Of a stretch of DNA of 64,000 nt, positions 38,177-47,081 are shown piece by piece. The stretch is from an uncultured Bacteroidota bacterium (GTDB taxonomy: Bacteria; Bacteroidota; Bacteroidia; Chitinophagales; LD1): contig CAIOTH010000145.1 in NCBI GenBank assembly GCA_903861145.1, positions 14,750 to 78,749 on the forward strand, read 5' to 3'. Each line of letters starts with the position of its first letter. Position 1 is the first letter of the stretch. The notes under the pieces are model-generated. The model saw nothing but the letters and a program-made list of their open reading frames with translations. It was not told the origin of the DNA and searched no databases. The position numbers were made by a program, and so were the translations under genes.

Positions 38177-39610
38177 ATGGATTCAGTGCGGACAAACAAT
38201 ACTTATTTTCATAATAACTTCTCACTTTGCGCTCGCGCCGTATTTCTTGTCTTAATACTTAATACTAACTACTTAATACTCTCCTCGCAACAAACCCAGG
38301 TTTACAAACCTACTGTTAGCCGCATTCTGTTTGTGCTCGATGGCTCGGGTAGTATGAAACAGAAGTATGATAAAACATCCAAATTCGAAACCGCTAAAGA
38401 ACTATTGTTTAAATTGATTGATTCGGTAGAGCATAAAAATCCGAACGTAGAATTTGCCGTGCGCGTTTTTGGCTTTCAATCGCCTAACACTCTACATAAT
38501 TGCAAGGACTCTAAACTGGTAATCCCGTTCGCAAAAAATAATGCGACAAAAATCATGAGCGAGTTGGGGCACATTACGCCACAAGGTATGTCGCCTATTG
38601 CTTATTCCATTCAGGCTGGTGCCGGCGATTTTCCCGATGACGTTCATTCGCTTAACTCCATTGTTTTAATAACCGATGGCGAAGAAACCTGCGGTGGCGA
38701 CCCCTGCAAAATATCGAAAGAGTTATTGGCGAAACGTATAACCCTTAAGCCTTTTATTGTAGGGTTGAACGTTGATTCAATTGCTTATGAGAAATTTAAA
38801 TGCATGGGCACTTTTTTCGCCACCAATAACGAAGCTTCTTTTTATCATGCCGTTGGTGTTATCATTAAGCAAACGCTCAATACAACCACAGCCCAAATAA
38901 ACCTGCTCGATCAAAACGGCAACCCCACTGTAACCAACATCCCCTTTACTTTATACGACCATTCCACGGGTAAAATTGAGTACAACTTTATCCATACCAT
39001 GAACGAAAAGGGAAACCCCGATACCCTGTACCTTGACCCGGTGGGAGTATATGATTTAGAGCTGCACACCTTTCCATCTATTCGTAAAAACGACATTGAA
39101 CTCATTCCCGGCAAGCACAATATAATTGCGCTTGATGCACCGGTGGCCGATTTAAACGTTACCTGCATAGCGGCTTCAATTGCCAATAACGATGCGCAGG
39201 TTTTGGTTAGGACCGAAAGCAACCCTAAAAATATTTTGAACGTTCAGGATTTAAACGGACAAGGTAAATACCTCGGGGCCCGTTATAAAACAGAGATACT
39301 AACTGCGCCCGAAATTTTATGGGATACAACTTTGATTCCTCTTGCAAACAACGATTTCAAAATACCCAATTACGGCACCCTGTCATTAATACCTACGGAT
39401 AATTTTTTGGCCAGTGTTTATCGCGAGCAAGGCTCAGGCAATTTGCTAATGGTTGAAAGGTTTGAGATAAATGGCAAAAATGATAGTTACCGGTTACAGC
39501 CCGGCCAATACCGTATAGTTTATAAATCGAAGAAAAATTATCATAGCGAATCAACCAAAACACAGCAGTTTACAGTTGAAGAGGGCAAAACAGTAGTATT
39601 GAATTTATGA
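38177..39610 (+). CDS. Secreted von Willebrand factor A domain protein, paralogue 1
   Basis: RILFVLDGSGSM (MIDAS DxSxS), LITDGEETCGGDP; C-terminal beta domains. The exact start is uncertain. Confidence 0.85.
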   Translation: MDSVRTNNTYFHNNFSLCARAVFLVLILNTNYLILSSQQTQVYKPTVSRILFVLDGSGSMKQKYDKTSKFETAKELLFKLIDSVEHKNPNVEFAVRVFGFQSPNTLHNCKDSKLVIPFAKNNATKIMSELGHITPQGMSPIAYSIQAGAGDFPDDVHSLNSIVLITDGEETCGGDPCKISKELLAKRITLKPFIVGLNVDSIAYEKFKCMGTFFATNNEASFYHAVGVIIKQTLNTTTAQINLLDQNGNPTVTNIPFTLYDHSTGKIEYNFIHTMNEKGNPDTLYLDPVGVYDLELHTFPSIRKNDIELIPGKHNIIALDAPVADLNVTCIAASIANNDAQVLVRTESNPKNILNVQDLNGQGKYLGARYKTEILTAPEILWDTTLIPLANNDFKIPNYGTLSLIPTDNFLASVYREQGSGNLLMVERFEINGKNDSYRLQPGQYRIVYKSKKNYHSESTKTQQFTVEEGKTVVLNL

Positions 39611-40977
39611 TGCGCAGGTTTAGCATATACGCTTTAATAACGGGCCTTATATGGGCGGCAAATACGCATGCCGTTGTTGCCCAGGAGCGCACGCGTATTT
39701 TATTTGTGTTAGATGCCTCTCTTAGTATGCAAAGCCATTGGAAAGGTGGCACCAAGTGGGAAACCGCCTGCAATGCGTTGATCGAAATTGCTGACAGCCT
39801 TTCTCAAATACCGCATATCGAAATCGGGCTAAGGGTTTTGGGCGATATGTATCCCGAGCCCGATATGAATTGTAAAGATTCGCGATTGGAAGTGCCTATT
39901 GATTCAAACAATGTAAAGCGGATTAAAAAGAAATTAGAAGAAGTACATCCTAAAGGCATTACCCCTTTGGTTTATGCCATTGAAAGAACACCTGCCGATT
40001 TTGGTGATGTGCCTGCGCGCAACATTTTGATTGTAATTACCGATGGCGAAGACGCCTGCGACCGCGATGCCTGCGGGGTTTCGGCAATGCTGCAAAAAAA
40101 CAATATCATCCTTCGCCCTTTTATTATTGGTATGACGCTGGATGACCAAAGTATGAAAAGCCTAAGCTGCGCAGGTAAACTTGTAAATACACATAGCGCC
40201 GAAGAATTTTCAACCGCCCTTAAAAGCGCAGTTACCGACGCCATATCTAAAACCACCTTACAAATTAACCTGAACGATAAGGAAGGTAAGCCTACCGAGA
40301 CAGATGTGAATATGAGTTTTTACGATGCCGCATCAGGTCAGCTAAAATATAATCTGTATCATTCCCTCAATTCGCGGGGATTGCCGGATACACTCAATAT
40401 AACCCCCATTTATAAGTACAAGCTGCAATTACATACAATCCCTCCCCTTTTTGCCGATGTGGAGATGCAAAAAAACAAGCACACCATTATTAATATCAGC
40501 GCACCGCAAGGCTATCTTCATTTTACTTTGCAGGGCAACATTTCGAAAACGGTTGTTGAACATATAAAATGCCTGGTTCACCAACCCGGTAATTGGCAAA
40601 CGCTCAATGTGCAACATCTTAACTCTAAAGAAAAATACCTGACGGGCACCTACGACCTTGAAGTAACAACCCTGCCACGTTTACTGGTTAAGGGCGTTAA
40701 AATTGACCAAAGCAAAACCACCGATGTAGAAATACCTGCACCCGGTTTGGTAACCCTAAATAAGGACTTTGAGGTATTCGGCTCAATTTTTATTGTTGAA
40801 GACAATAAAATGAAAAAGATATACGATCTGAGATTGAAGGACCGGCAGGAAACCCTGGCTCTTCAGCCCGGAAAATACAGGCTGGTTTACCGCTCCAAAA
40901 ACGCCCGCACTATCCACACCACGGTTGATAAAGAATTTGAAATTACAACGGGAGGAAGTTTAAGTTTGAAGCTTTAA
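39607..40977 (+). CDS. Secreted von Willebrand factor A domain protein, paralogue 2
   Basis: RILFVLDASLSM, PKGITP, VITDGEDAC; ATGA overlap with paralogue 1; shares the PDTL, HTxP and LQPGxYRxVYxSK motifs. Confidence 0.87.
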   Translation: MMRRFSIYALITGLIWAANTHAVVAQERTRILFVLDASLSMQSHWKGGTKWETACNALIEIADSLSQIPHIEIGLRVLGDMYPEPDMNCKDSRLEVPIDSNNVKRIKKKLEEVHPKGITPLVYAIERTPADFGDVPARNILIVITDGEDACDRDACGVSAMLQKNNIILRPFIIGMTLDDQSMKSLSCAGKLVNTHSAEEFSTALKSAVTDAISKTTLQINLNDKEGKPTETDVNMSFYDAASGQLKYNLYHSLNSRGLPDTLNITPIYKYKLQLHTIPPLFADVEMQKNKHTIINISAPQGYLHFTLQGNISKTVVEHIKCLVHQPGNWQTLNVQHLNSKEKYLTGTYDLEVTTLPRLLVKGVKIDQSKTTDVEIPAPGLVTLNKDFEVFGSIFIVEDNKMKKIYDLRLKDRQETLALQPGKYRLVYRSKNARTIHTTVDKEFEITTGGSLSLKL

Positions 40978-41010
40978 TTTTCAGTAAAATTTATTGTTAT
41001 ACTATAGCTT

Positions 41011-41970
41011 ATGGCGCTGCAAGATTACGTTACTACAGGTAAAAAAGACACCCGCTCGGGATTTGGAGACGGTATTTTAGAACTAGGCAGAACAAATCCA
41101 AACGTAGTTGCCCTGTGCGCCGACCTGGCAGGTTCGCTTAAGTTAGATGCTTTTATAAAAGAGTTTCCTGAGCGTTATGTACAGGTAGGCATTGCCGAGG
41201 CTAATATGATGGGCATTGCAGCCGGCTTAACCGTAGGCGGTAAAATTCCTTTCGCTACCACGTTTGCAAACTTTGCTACCGGTAGAGTGTACGATCAGAT
41301 ACGCCAGTCAATTGCCTATTCGCACAAAAACGTAAAAATTGCCGCTTCGCATGCCGGTGTAACTTTGGGTGAAGATGGAGCAACGCACCAGATATTAGAA
41401 GATTTAGGCCTAATGCAAATGCTGCCGGGCATGGTAGTAATTAACCCCTGCGATTATAACCAAACAAAGGCGGCTACCCTTGCTGTGGCCGAGTACGTTG
41501 GCCCCGTTTACTTACGCTTTGGTCGCCCGGTATGGCCAATTTTTATGCCTGAAGGAAAGTTTGAAATTGGTAAAGCGATACTAATGAACGAGGGTAAAGA
41601 CGTTACCATTTTTGCCACCGGCCACCTGGTTTGGAAAAGCCTTGAAGCCGCACGTCAATTAGAAGCTGAAGGTGTTTCAGTTGAGCTAATCAATATCCAT
41701 ACTATTAAGCCGTTGGATGAAGAGGCAATTCTTCGGTCGGTTGCCAAAACAAGGTGCATGGTAGTTGCTGAAGAGCATAATCGTATTGGGGGTTTGGGTT
41801 CTTCAATCTCAACCTTACTGGCCCATCATACCCCGGTGCCCCTTGAGCAGGTAGCAGTAAATGATAGCTTTGGCGAAAGCGGAACACCTGACCAGCTAAT
41901 GAAAAAATACGGGCTTGATACCATAAACGTATATGAGGCGGCGAAAAAGGTAATTGGCAGAAAGAATTAA
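41011..41970 (+). CDS. Transketolase, C-terminal subunit
   Basis: DLAGSL, GIAEANM, GEDGATHQ, PVYLRFGR, HTIKPLD, AEEH, FGESG. Confidence 0.95.
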   Translation: MALQDYVTTGKKDTRSGFGDGILELGRTNPNVVALCADLAGSLKLDAFIKEFPERYVQVGIAEANMMGIAAGLTVGGKIPFATTFANFATGRVYDQIRQSIAYSHKNVKIAASHAGVTLGEDGATHQILEDLGLMQMLPGMVVINPCDYNQTKAATLAVAEYVGPVYLRFGRPVWPIFMPEGKFEIGKAILMNEGKDVTIFATGHLVWKSLEAARQLEAEGVSVELINIHTIKPLDEEAILRSVAKTRCMVVAEEHNRIGGLGSSISTLLAHHTPVPLEQVAVNDSFGESGTPDQLMKKYGLDTINVYEAAKKVIGRKN

Positions 41971-42080
41971 AAGGAGCACTTTTAAATAATAAAACCGAAA
42001 CCCGCTCTGGTTTCCCCTTTTGTTTCATCCCGCGGTTGCGGGCGGGAAGGGGACGGAAGGGGGAGCATTACCCTAGTTGC

Positions 42081-42641
42081 ATGACCGACCACGAATTATT
42101 AGAAATGTTCCACTCTCCTAATAAGGAGAAGGCATTTACTCTGCTGATTGAAAAATACCAGCAGCGCATTTACTGGCACATTCGCCGCATGGTGCAGAAC
42201 CACGATGATGCCGATGATGTAATGCAAAACACCTTCATCAAAATTTGGAACGGGTTAGAAAACTTCAGGGCCGACTCGCAGCTTTTTACCTGGCTTTACC
42301 GCATTGCTACCAACGAAACCATCACCTTTTTAAACAGCAGGAACAAACGCGCCACTATTTCGTTTGAAAGTAACGAAAGCACGGATGAAGAGGGCTATTC
42401 TCCTTCCAATTATATACAAGCGGAAAGCCACCAGGTTGATGGCGATGATATACAGGCCAGGTTGCAAAAAGCCATAGATTCTTTGCCCGAAAAGCAGAAA
42501 ATTGTGTTTAATCTGCGCTATTATGACGAAATGCCTTACGAGCAGATGAGTGATGTTTTAGATACCAGCGTGGGTGCTTTAAAAGCCAGCTACCACCACG
42601 CAGCGCAGAAAATTGAGAAGTTTTTACTGGGTGAAGGTTAA
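42081..42641 (+). CDS. ECF RNA polymerase sigma factor
   Basis: DADDVMQNTFIKIW, TWLYRIATN (region 2); LPEKQKIVFNLRYYDEMPYEQMS, SVGALKASYHHA (region 4). Start trimmed to ATG 42081. Confidence 0.95.
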   Translation: MTDHELLEMFHSPNKEKAFTLLIEKYQQRIYWHIRRMVQNHDDADDVMQNTFIKIWNGLENFRADSQLFTWLYRIATNETITFLNSRNKRATISFESNESTDEEGYSPSNYIQAESHQVDGDDIQARLQKAIDSLPEKQKIVFNLRYYDEMPYEQMSDVLDTSVGALKASYHHAAQKIEKFLLGEG

Positions 42642-42664
42642 ACCTTAAGGCCTTTTGGGGGTCT
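42639..42664 (+). promoter_or_regulatory. Putative ECF-type promoter overlapping the sigma stop codon
   Basis: TAAACC-N16-GTCT, the AAC/GTC geometry of ECF promoters, pointing at the anti-sigma gene. Confidence 0.45.
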
Positions 42665-42755
42665 TATCCACAACGCCGTTATTTTTTAACATTGTTGTAT
42701 TTAAAGATTTTTAAAAAATGTAGCCCTTCTGTAGCGAAAACAGAAGGCGGATAAA

Positions 42756-43532
42756 ATGGAAACCAGGGAAGACATATTAAAAGAGTTAAGGGAAATAGCC
42801 CCGCACTTGTCATCGCTTCAAAAAGTGAATGCGTACAGTGTGCCCGAAGGGTATTTTCTGAACTTTAAAAATATAATGCTTGAGCAGGTAAAACCTGTTG
42901 ATGTAAAGCAGGAGTTAGGGGCATTGGCGCCTTCGCTTTTAAATGTTCAGAAGCCTTTGAACGCTGAATTGCCTGCTGCTTATTTTATTGATTTTAAAAG
43001 CCGTTTGCTGGATAAGGTACGGGCTGATGAAGTAGCCAAAGAATTAGCAGTAATTGCCCCGCGCCTGTCGGTTTTAGAAAAAGTGAATACGCTACAGGCC
43101 CCGGCCAATTATTTTAACGCATTCCCGGATAGAGTATTGGCCGATATTCATGCACATAGGATAGCTGCGGTTACAGATACCCGTAGTTGGATAGATAGCG
43201 TAAACGAATTGTTGGATGTTGTAATCAGCGCGGTTTTTAAACCAAAATATGCGGTGGCCTTTGCCGGTGTTGCAACCACCGTTATCATGGCGGTATTTAT
43301 GTTTGTAAAAGTACAGCAGTGCGATGATTTGGAATGCAAATTTGCCCAACTGAGCAATGAAGAAATAAATAATTATCTGGATAATAAATCGGATGCTTAT
43401 TCGGATGAAGTGTTTGAAATGAATTTGGAGAATAAAGGATTAAATGCTGCCCACATGAATAGTGTGCATGCGTACAAAGAGGCCTTGAATGATGTGGATG
43501 ACGCTGCGCTGAATGAGGCTATAACAGATTAA
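42756..43532 (+). CDS. Putative anti-sigma factor with three 43-aa N-terminal repeats and one TM
   Basis: Follows the ECF sigma; repeat motif ELxxIAPxL...PxxYFxxF three times; TM AVAFAGVATTVIMAVFMFV. Confidence 0.75.
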   Translation: METREDILKELREIAPHLSSLQKVNAYSVPEGYFLNFKNIMLEQVKPVDVKQELGALAPSLLNVQKPLNAELPAAYFIDFKSRLLDKVRADEVAKELAVIAPRLSVLEKVNTLQAPANYFNAFPDRVLADIHAHRIAAVTDTRSWIDSVNELLDVVISAVFKPKYAVAFAGVATTVIMAVFMFVKVQQCDDLECKFAQLSNEEINNYLDNKSDAYSDEVFEMNLENKGLNAAHMNSVHAYKEALNDVDDAALNEAITD

Positions 43533-43572
43533 TATGATTGCCCGGTATTTTATAATTTGAAAACGGAAAGAG

Positions 43573-44040
43573 ATGAAAAAGATATTTACATATACTAAAC
43601 AGGCTGTGCTACTTTTTGTAGTGCTATTGGCCGGCATAAATGCTGGCCACGCACAAACGCCATACCAGGCCCCAAACTCAAATAACCAAAGTGCTAAGGA
43701 TAAGATTGAAGCTTTGCGTATTGCCTTTATATCGCAACAACTAAACCTTACCCCCGAAGAAGCTCAAAAGTTTTGGCCGGTTTATAACGCTTACCGCAAT
43801 GAATCGGAAGGATTGCATAAAAGCCTTCCTCCCCAACCAACCGCCGACCAGCAGTTAGAATTGGAGCAAAAGAAACTGGACCTAAAGAAAAAGTACAAGC
43901 CACAATTTGAAGCCGCATTAGGCACCGAAAAACTGAACCAACTCTACAACCTCGAACGCAAATTCCAGGAAAAGCTCAAAGAAATCCGCGAGCAGCGCCA
44001 ACAACAGAGAGGCGCACAAGGTGGTAGGCCGATTAGGTAA
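43573..44040 (+). CDS. Periplasmic helical Spy/CpxP-like protein
   Basis: Signal peptide; KIEALRIAFISQQLNLTPEEAQKFWPVYN (LTxxQ-like); third gene of the ECF cluster. Confidence 0.7.
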   Translation: MKKIFTYTKQAVLLFVVLLAGINAGHAQTPYQAPNSNNQSAKDKIEALRIAFISQQLNLTPEEAQKFWPVYNAYRNESEGLHKSLPPQPTADQQLELEQKKLDLKKKYKPQFEAALGTEKLNQLYNLERKFQEKLKEIREQRQQQRGAQGGRPIR

Positions 44041-44089
44041 GTTGAACATTTACAACAGCTATCAATATAATTGTCAAAACCACCCATTT

Positions 44090-44116
44090 GTCATCCAGAA
44101 CGAAGTGAAGGATCTT
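44090..44116. repeat. Degenerate GTCATCCTGAG-type REP relic
   Basis: GTCATCCAGAACGAAGTGAAGGATCTT resembles the widespread GTCATCCTGAGCGAAGCGAAGGATCT repeat; the partner arm is degenerate. Confidence 0.45.
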
Positions 44117-44330
44117 AAGGTGCAAATATCCTCAGGTCATTAAATAATCGGTCGTACAGGAATGGGAAAACATAAAATCATTCCATTTTCTTACATCAGC
44201 TGTGGAATAACCTCCCCAAAACAATACTTAATACAATAACTTTTTGAAGGGCTTCGTTGTGCTGTTAGAAATGCTTCCTCTGCAGGGACAGATTGACGGA
44301 TATTATTTATTAACTAAATAACGTGTAGCC

Positions 44331-45245
44331 ATGAAAAATATAAAATTGTTCATCATGTTTTTGGCCCTTGTGCCATTAATGATGGTAGGGTGTAAAAAAG
44401 AAGGGAAATCGGGCAATACTTCAAATGTAAAATTCAACATGACCGATGCCCCTGCTAATTTCGATTCGTTAAATATAGATGTGCAAAGCATACAGGTACA
44501 CTCCACCACCAGTGGCTGGGTAACCATGGCATCTTCGCTGGGCACCATTAATATATTAAGTTACGTTAACGGCAACGCGGCACTAGTTGCGCAAGGAGAT
44601 TTAAGTGCAGGAGGGATTGACCAAATACGTTTGGTGCTGGGCAGTAACAACAGTGTTGTTGTTGACGGCCATAGCTACAGCCTTTCGGCTGGTTCATCGG
44701 CTGCGCTTCAATCGGGCCTTACCATTAATGTAAGTGGCATGCTAAATCCCGGTAGCAGTTATGTATTTACTATCGATTTTGACGCTGCGCAATCGGTTAC
44801 TGCCACCGGTGGCAGCAATTACCAGTTAACCCCGGTACTCAGGTTAATTGTTGATCAAACCACTACTGCCAGTACCAGTCTTACACTTGGCGGGTCAACC
44901 ACCGGCACAACAGATTCAAACAGCATAAACCTGTCAACCGGAATAAGCGTTAAGACCAGCGGCACTGGTAATGGTTCTGTAATTATTAATGGAAACGCCA
45001 CCGGTAATATTGCAGGTTCAATTGGCGTGGCAGGCCTGGCTTCGGTTTGCGTAACCGGCGCAAGTGGTTCAACGTTCTGTACCATGACCGCCATAACCGG
45101 TAAGTTTAGCATGGAGGCATTGGGTGCCGGGACATATACCGTCACTATTACTCCAACAATCGCTCAACTGGGAGGGGTTCATGTTATTTCGAACGTGGTT
45201 GTAACTGCAGGACAAACAACCAATTTAGGAATTGTCAATTTGTAA
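44331..45245 (+). CDS. DUF4382-like lipoprotein with C-terminal carboxypeptidase-regulatory-like domain
   Basis: Lipobox MVG-C; MTDAP, QIRLVLG, TIDFDAAQS and LTPVLR motifs; AGTYTVTI. Confidence 0.78.
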   Translation: MKNIKLFIMFLALVPLMMVGCKKEGKSGNTSNVKFNMTDAPANFDSLNIDVQSIQVHSTTSGWVTMASSLGTINILSYVNGNAALVAQGDLSAGGIDQIRLVLGSNNSVVVDGHSYSLSAGSSAALQSGLTINVSGMLNPGSSYVFTIDFDAAQSVTATGGSNYQLTPVLRLIVDQTTTASTSLTLGGSTTGTTDSNSINLSTGISVKTSGTGNGSVIINGNATGNIAGSIGVAGLASVCVTGASGSTFCTMTAITGKFSMEALGAGTYTVTITPTIAQLGGVHVISNVVVTAGQTTNLGIVNL

Positions 45246-45279
45246 AATAATTCTGATCGCTCAGGATTAGAGTGCGCAG

Positions 45280-45308
45280 GCCGGGATTGAAAAGTCCCGG
45301 CTTTTTTA
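45280..45308. terminator. Terminator between convergent genes
   Basis: GCCGGGATT-GAAA-AGTCCCGGC followed by a T run. Confidence 0.8.
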
Positions 45309-46070
45309 TACGATGAAAGGAATAACGGCCTTTCTTTCCTTCGGGTAATCGCTGAATTTTTGAAGGTACCATTTATGATGGTCCAGAGCCCGGGGTATCA
45401 GGTTAACGGCTGTCCATAAGGCAAAACTCCATGCGGGTAGTGAGCCCACCATAATGGCGAAACCCAGCCACTCAATTATTTCACCAAAATGATTGGGGCA
45501 CGAAATAAAACCAAACAAGCCACCGGTAGGTATTTTATAGCCCGTTTCACCGGGCTTGCGTAAATTAATGAGGATGGTATCGGCCTGGTTATTGATAAAA
45601 ATGCCGGCAATAAATACTATCAGCCCGATAATAAAACGTGGCGAGGTAAAGTAATCGTCACCATAACCGCCTGCGAAATTTCCAAAGAAAGAACCATTTA
45701 CAAAGCCATTCATAAAGTTGAAGAAGATGGCGGAGCAAACAATCAGCACCGGTATTTTTTTATCGTTGGTATGCGTGCGTAAAGGGAAAATAAAACTGCG
45801 GTTAATATAATGTAGCACCCATAAGCCCCAGAAAAACCACACTACCTTTGGCTTATCGCCATGGCCCATAAAAAAGAAAACAGAAAGAAATATCATGGAG
45901 GGGGCTTCCTGTATAATCCAACCCAGTTTATTGCCAATCATAGGTCCCCATTTGTTGGTTACATGGCGGCCGTAAGGTTGTGTTACCCTTAAAAGAAAAG
46001 GAAACGCTATAATACCAACCAACATCCAACCGGCGGTTATTAGGTTGAGGGTATGCTTTGTCATTTGCAA
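45306..46070 (-). CDS. 3-oxo-5-alpha-steroid 4-dehydrogenase (SRD5A-like) family protein
   Basis: PYGRH, QEAPS, LHYINRSFIFP, LRKPGETGYKIPTGGLF, SCPNHFGEIIEWLG, PRALDHHKWY, RKAVIPF. The start may be 46064. Confidence 0.9.
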   Translation of the reverse strand: MQMTKHTLNLITAGWMLVGIIAFPFLLRVTQPYGRHVTNKWGPMIGNKLGWIIQEAPSMIFLSVFFFMGHGDKPKVVWFFWGLWVLHYINRSFIFPLRTHTNDKKIPVLIVCSAIFFNFMNGFVNGSFFGNFAGGYGDDYFTSPRFIIGLIVFIAGIFINNQADTILINLRKPGETGYKIPTGGLFGFISCPNHFGEIIEWLGFAIMVGSLPAWSFALWTAVNLIPRALDHHKWYLQKFSDYPKERKAVIPFIV

Positions 46071-46076
46071 TTGTTT

Positions 46077-47081
46077 TTAAAACGTTCCAAAATCAGTCCC
46101 TTTGCTTTTCGATTCCAAAAACACCTTTGCAGTTTCGTTGATTGACTGCTGCACCGTTCTGAATTTATGGCCGGTGGCTTTAATCACCTTGGCATTGCTA
46201 TAATTAAAAAGTATGCGTGCAATGCGCATATCATCGGCAGTAAATTCGGGCGCTTTATTCAAAACCAGCGAACGCATATATTCATATCTCCACGCTAATG
46301 CACTTAATGATTTTGACACTTTGTATTTAGGCCTTTCAACCTTCAACGCATCAGCAATCATGTTTAAAAAATCCTTCAACAAAACATTTTCCGAAATAAG
46401 AATGAATCGCTCGCCATTAGTATCGCTATCCATCAGTTGAATCATTACTTGTGTTGCATCACGCACATCTAAAAATCCGTTACTGCCCTCAGTGTAAAAT
46501 TTCAAGCCATTATAAACTATGGGGAAAGTATTTAACGGTTGATGGTCCCAATAACCGGCTCCAATGATGCCACCGGGGTTTACAATCACCACATTCAGCC
46601 CTTCGGCGTTTGCGCGCCATGCTTCTAATTCGGCATAGCGCTTTCCTTTAAAATAATCAAAGCGTAGTTTATCTACAGGTGAATAATAGTTCTCATCAAT
46701 AGAGGCGTTGTTTAATGGCAGTCCCAACGCAATTGTCGAACTTACATGCAATACCTTTTTCACCTTCTTATCAAGCGCAATATTGAACAGGTTAGCCGTT
46801 CCTTCGGCATTGGTAAGCATCGCATTTTCGCGTTGCGAATGTGATGGCGAAAAAACACCGGCGCAGTGATATATTTTCTCCACTCCGTCAACAGCATTTT
46901 CCAAAGAAGTGACATCCAGCAAATCAGCTTCAACCCACTCTATTTGGCTGGCAAAATCACCTAGCAAATCAAAGCGGGAGCTTGCCCTTTTTAATGCGCG
47001 AACCTTTTCGCCTTTTCTGACCAGGTCTTTTGCCAGATACGAACCCAAAAAACCCGTTGCCCCGGTTACTAAAATCATCAA
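46077..47081 (-). CDS. NAD-dependent epimerase/dehydratase (extended SDR)
   Basis: TGATGFLG, YHCAG, HVSS, YFKGK (YxxxK), VNPGGIIG. Confidence 0.88.
   Translation of the reverse strand: MMILVTGATGFLGSYLAKDLVRKGEKVRALKRASSRFDLLGDFASQIEWVEADLLDVTSLENAVDGVEKIYHCAGVFSPSHSQRENAMLTNAEGTANLFNIALDKKVKKVLHVSSTIALGLPLNNASIDENYYSPVDKLRFDYFKGKRYAELEAWRANAEGLNVVIVNPGGIIGAGYWDHQPLNTFPIVYNGLKFYTEGSNGFLDVRDATQVMIQLMDSDTNGERFILISENVLLKDFLNMIADALKVERPKYKVSKSLSALAWRYEYMRSLVLNKAPEFTADDMRIARILFNYSNAKVIKATGHKFRTVQQSINETAKVFLESKSKGTDFGTF

Noticed and set aside
42000-42065. Purine/G-rich run GCGGGCGGGAAGGGGACGGAAGGGGG as a G-quadruplex or repeat
   Set aside because: Irregular G-tracts, single occurrence, no supporting context.
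42664-42672. Single perfect DnaA box TTATCCACA
   Set aside because: One isolated 9-mer is expected by chance in 64 kb, and it overlaps a plausible ECF -10 element.
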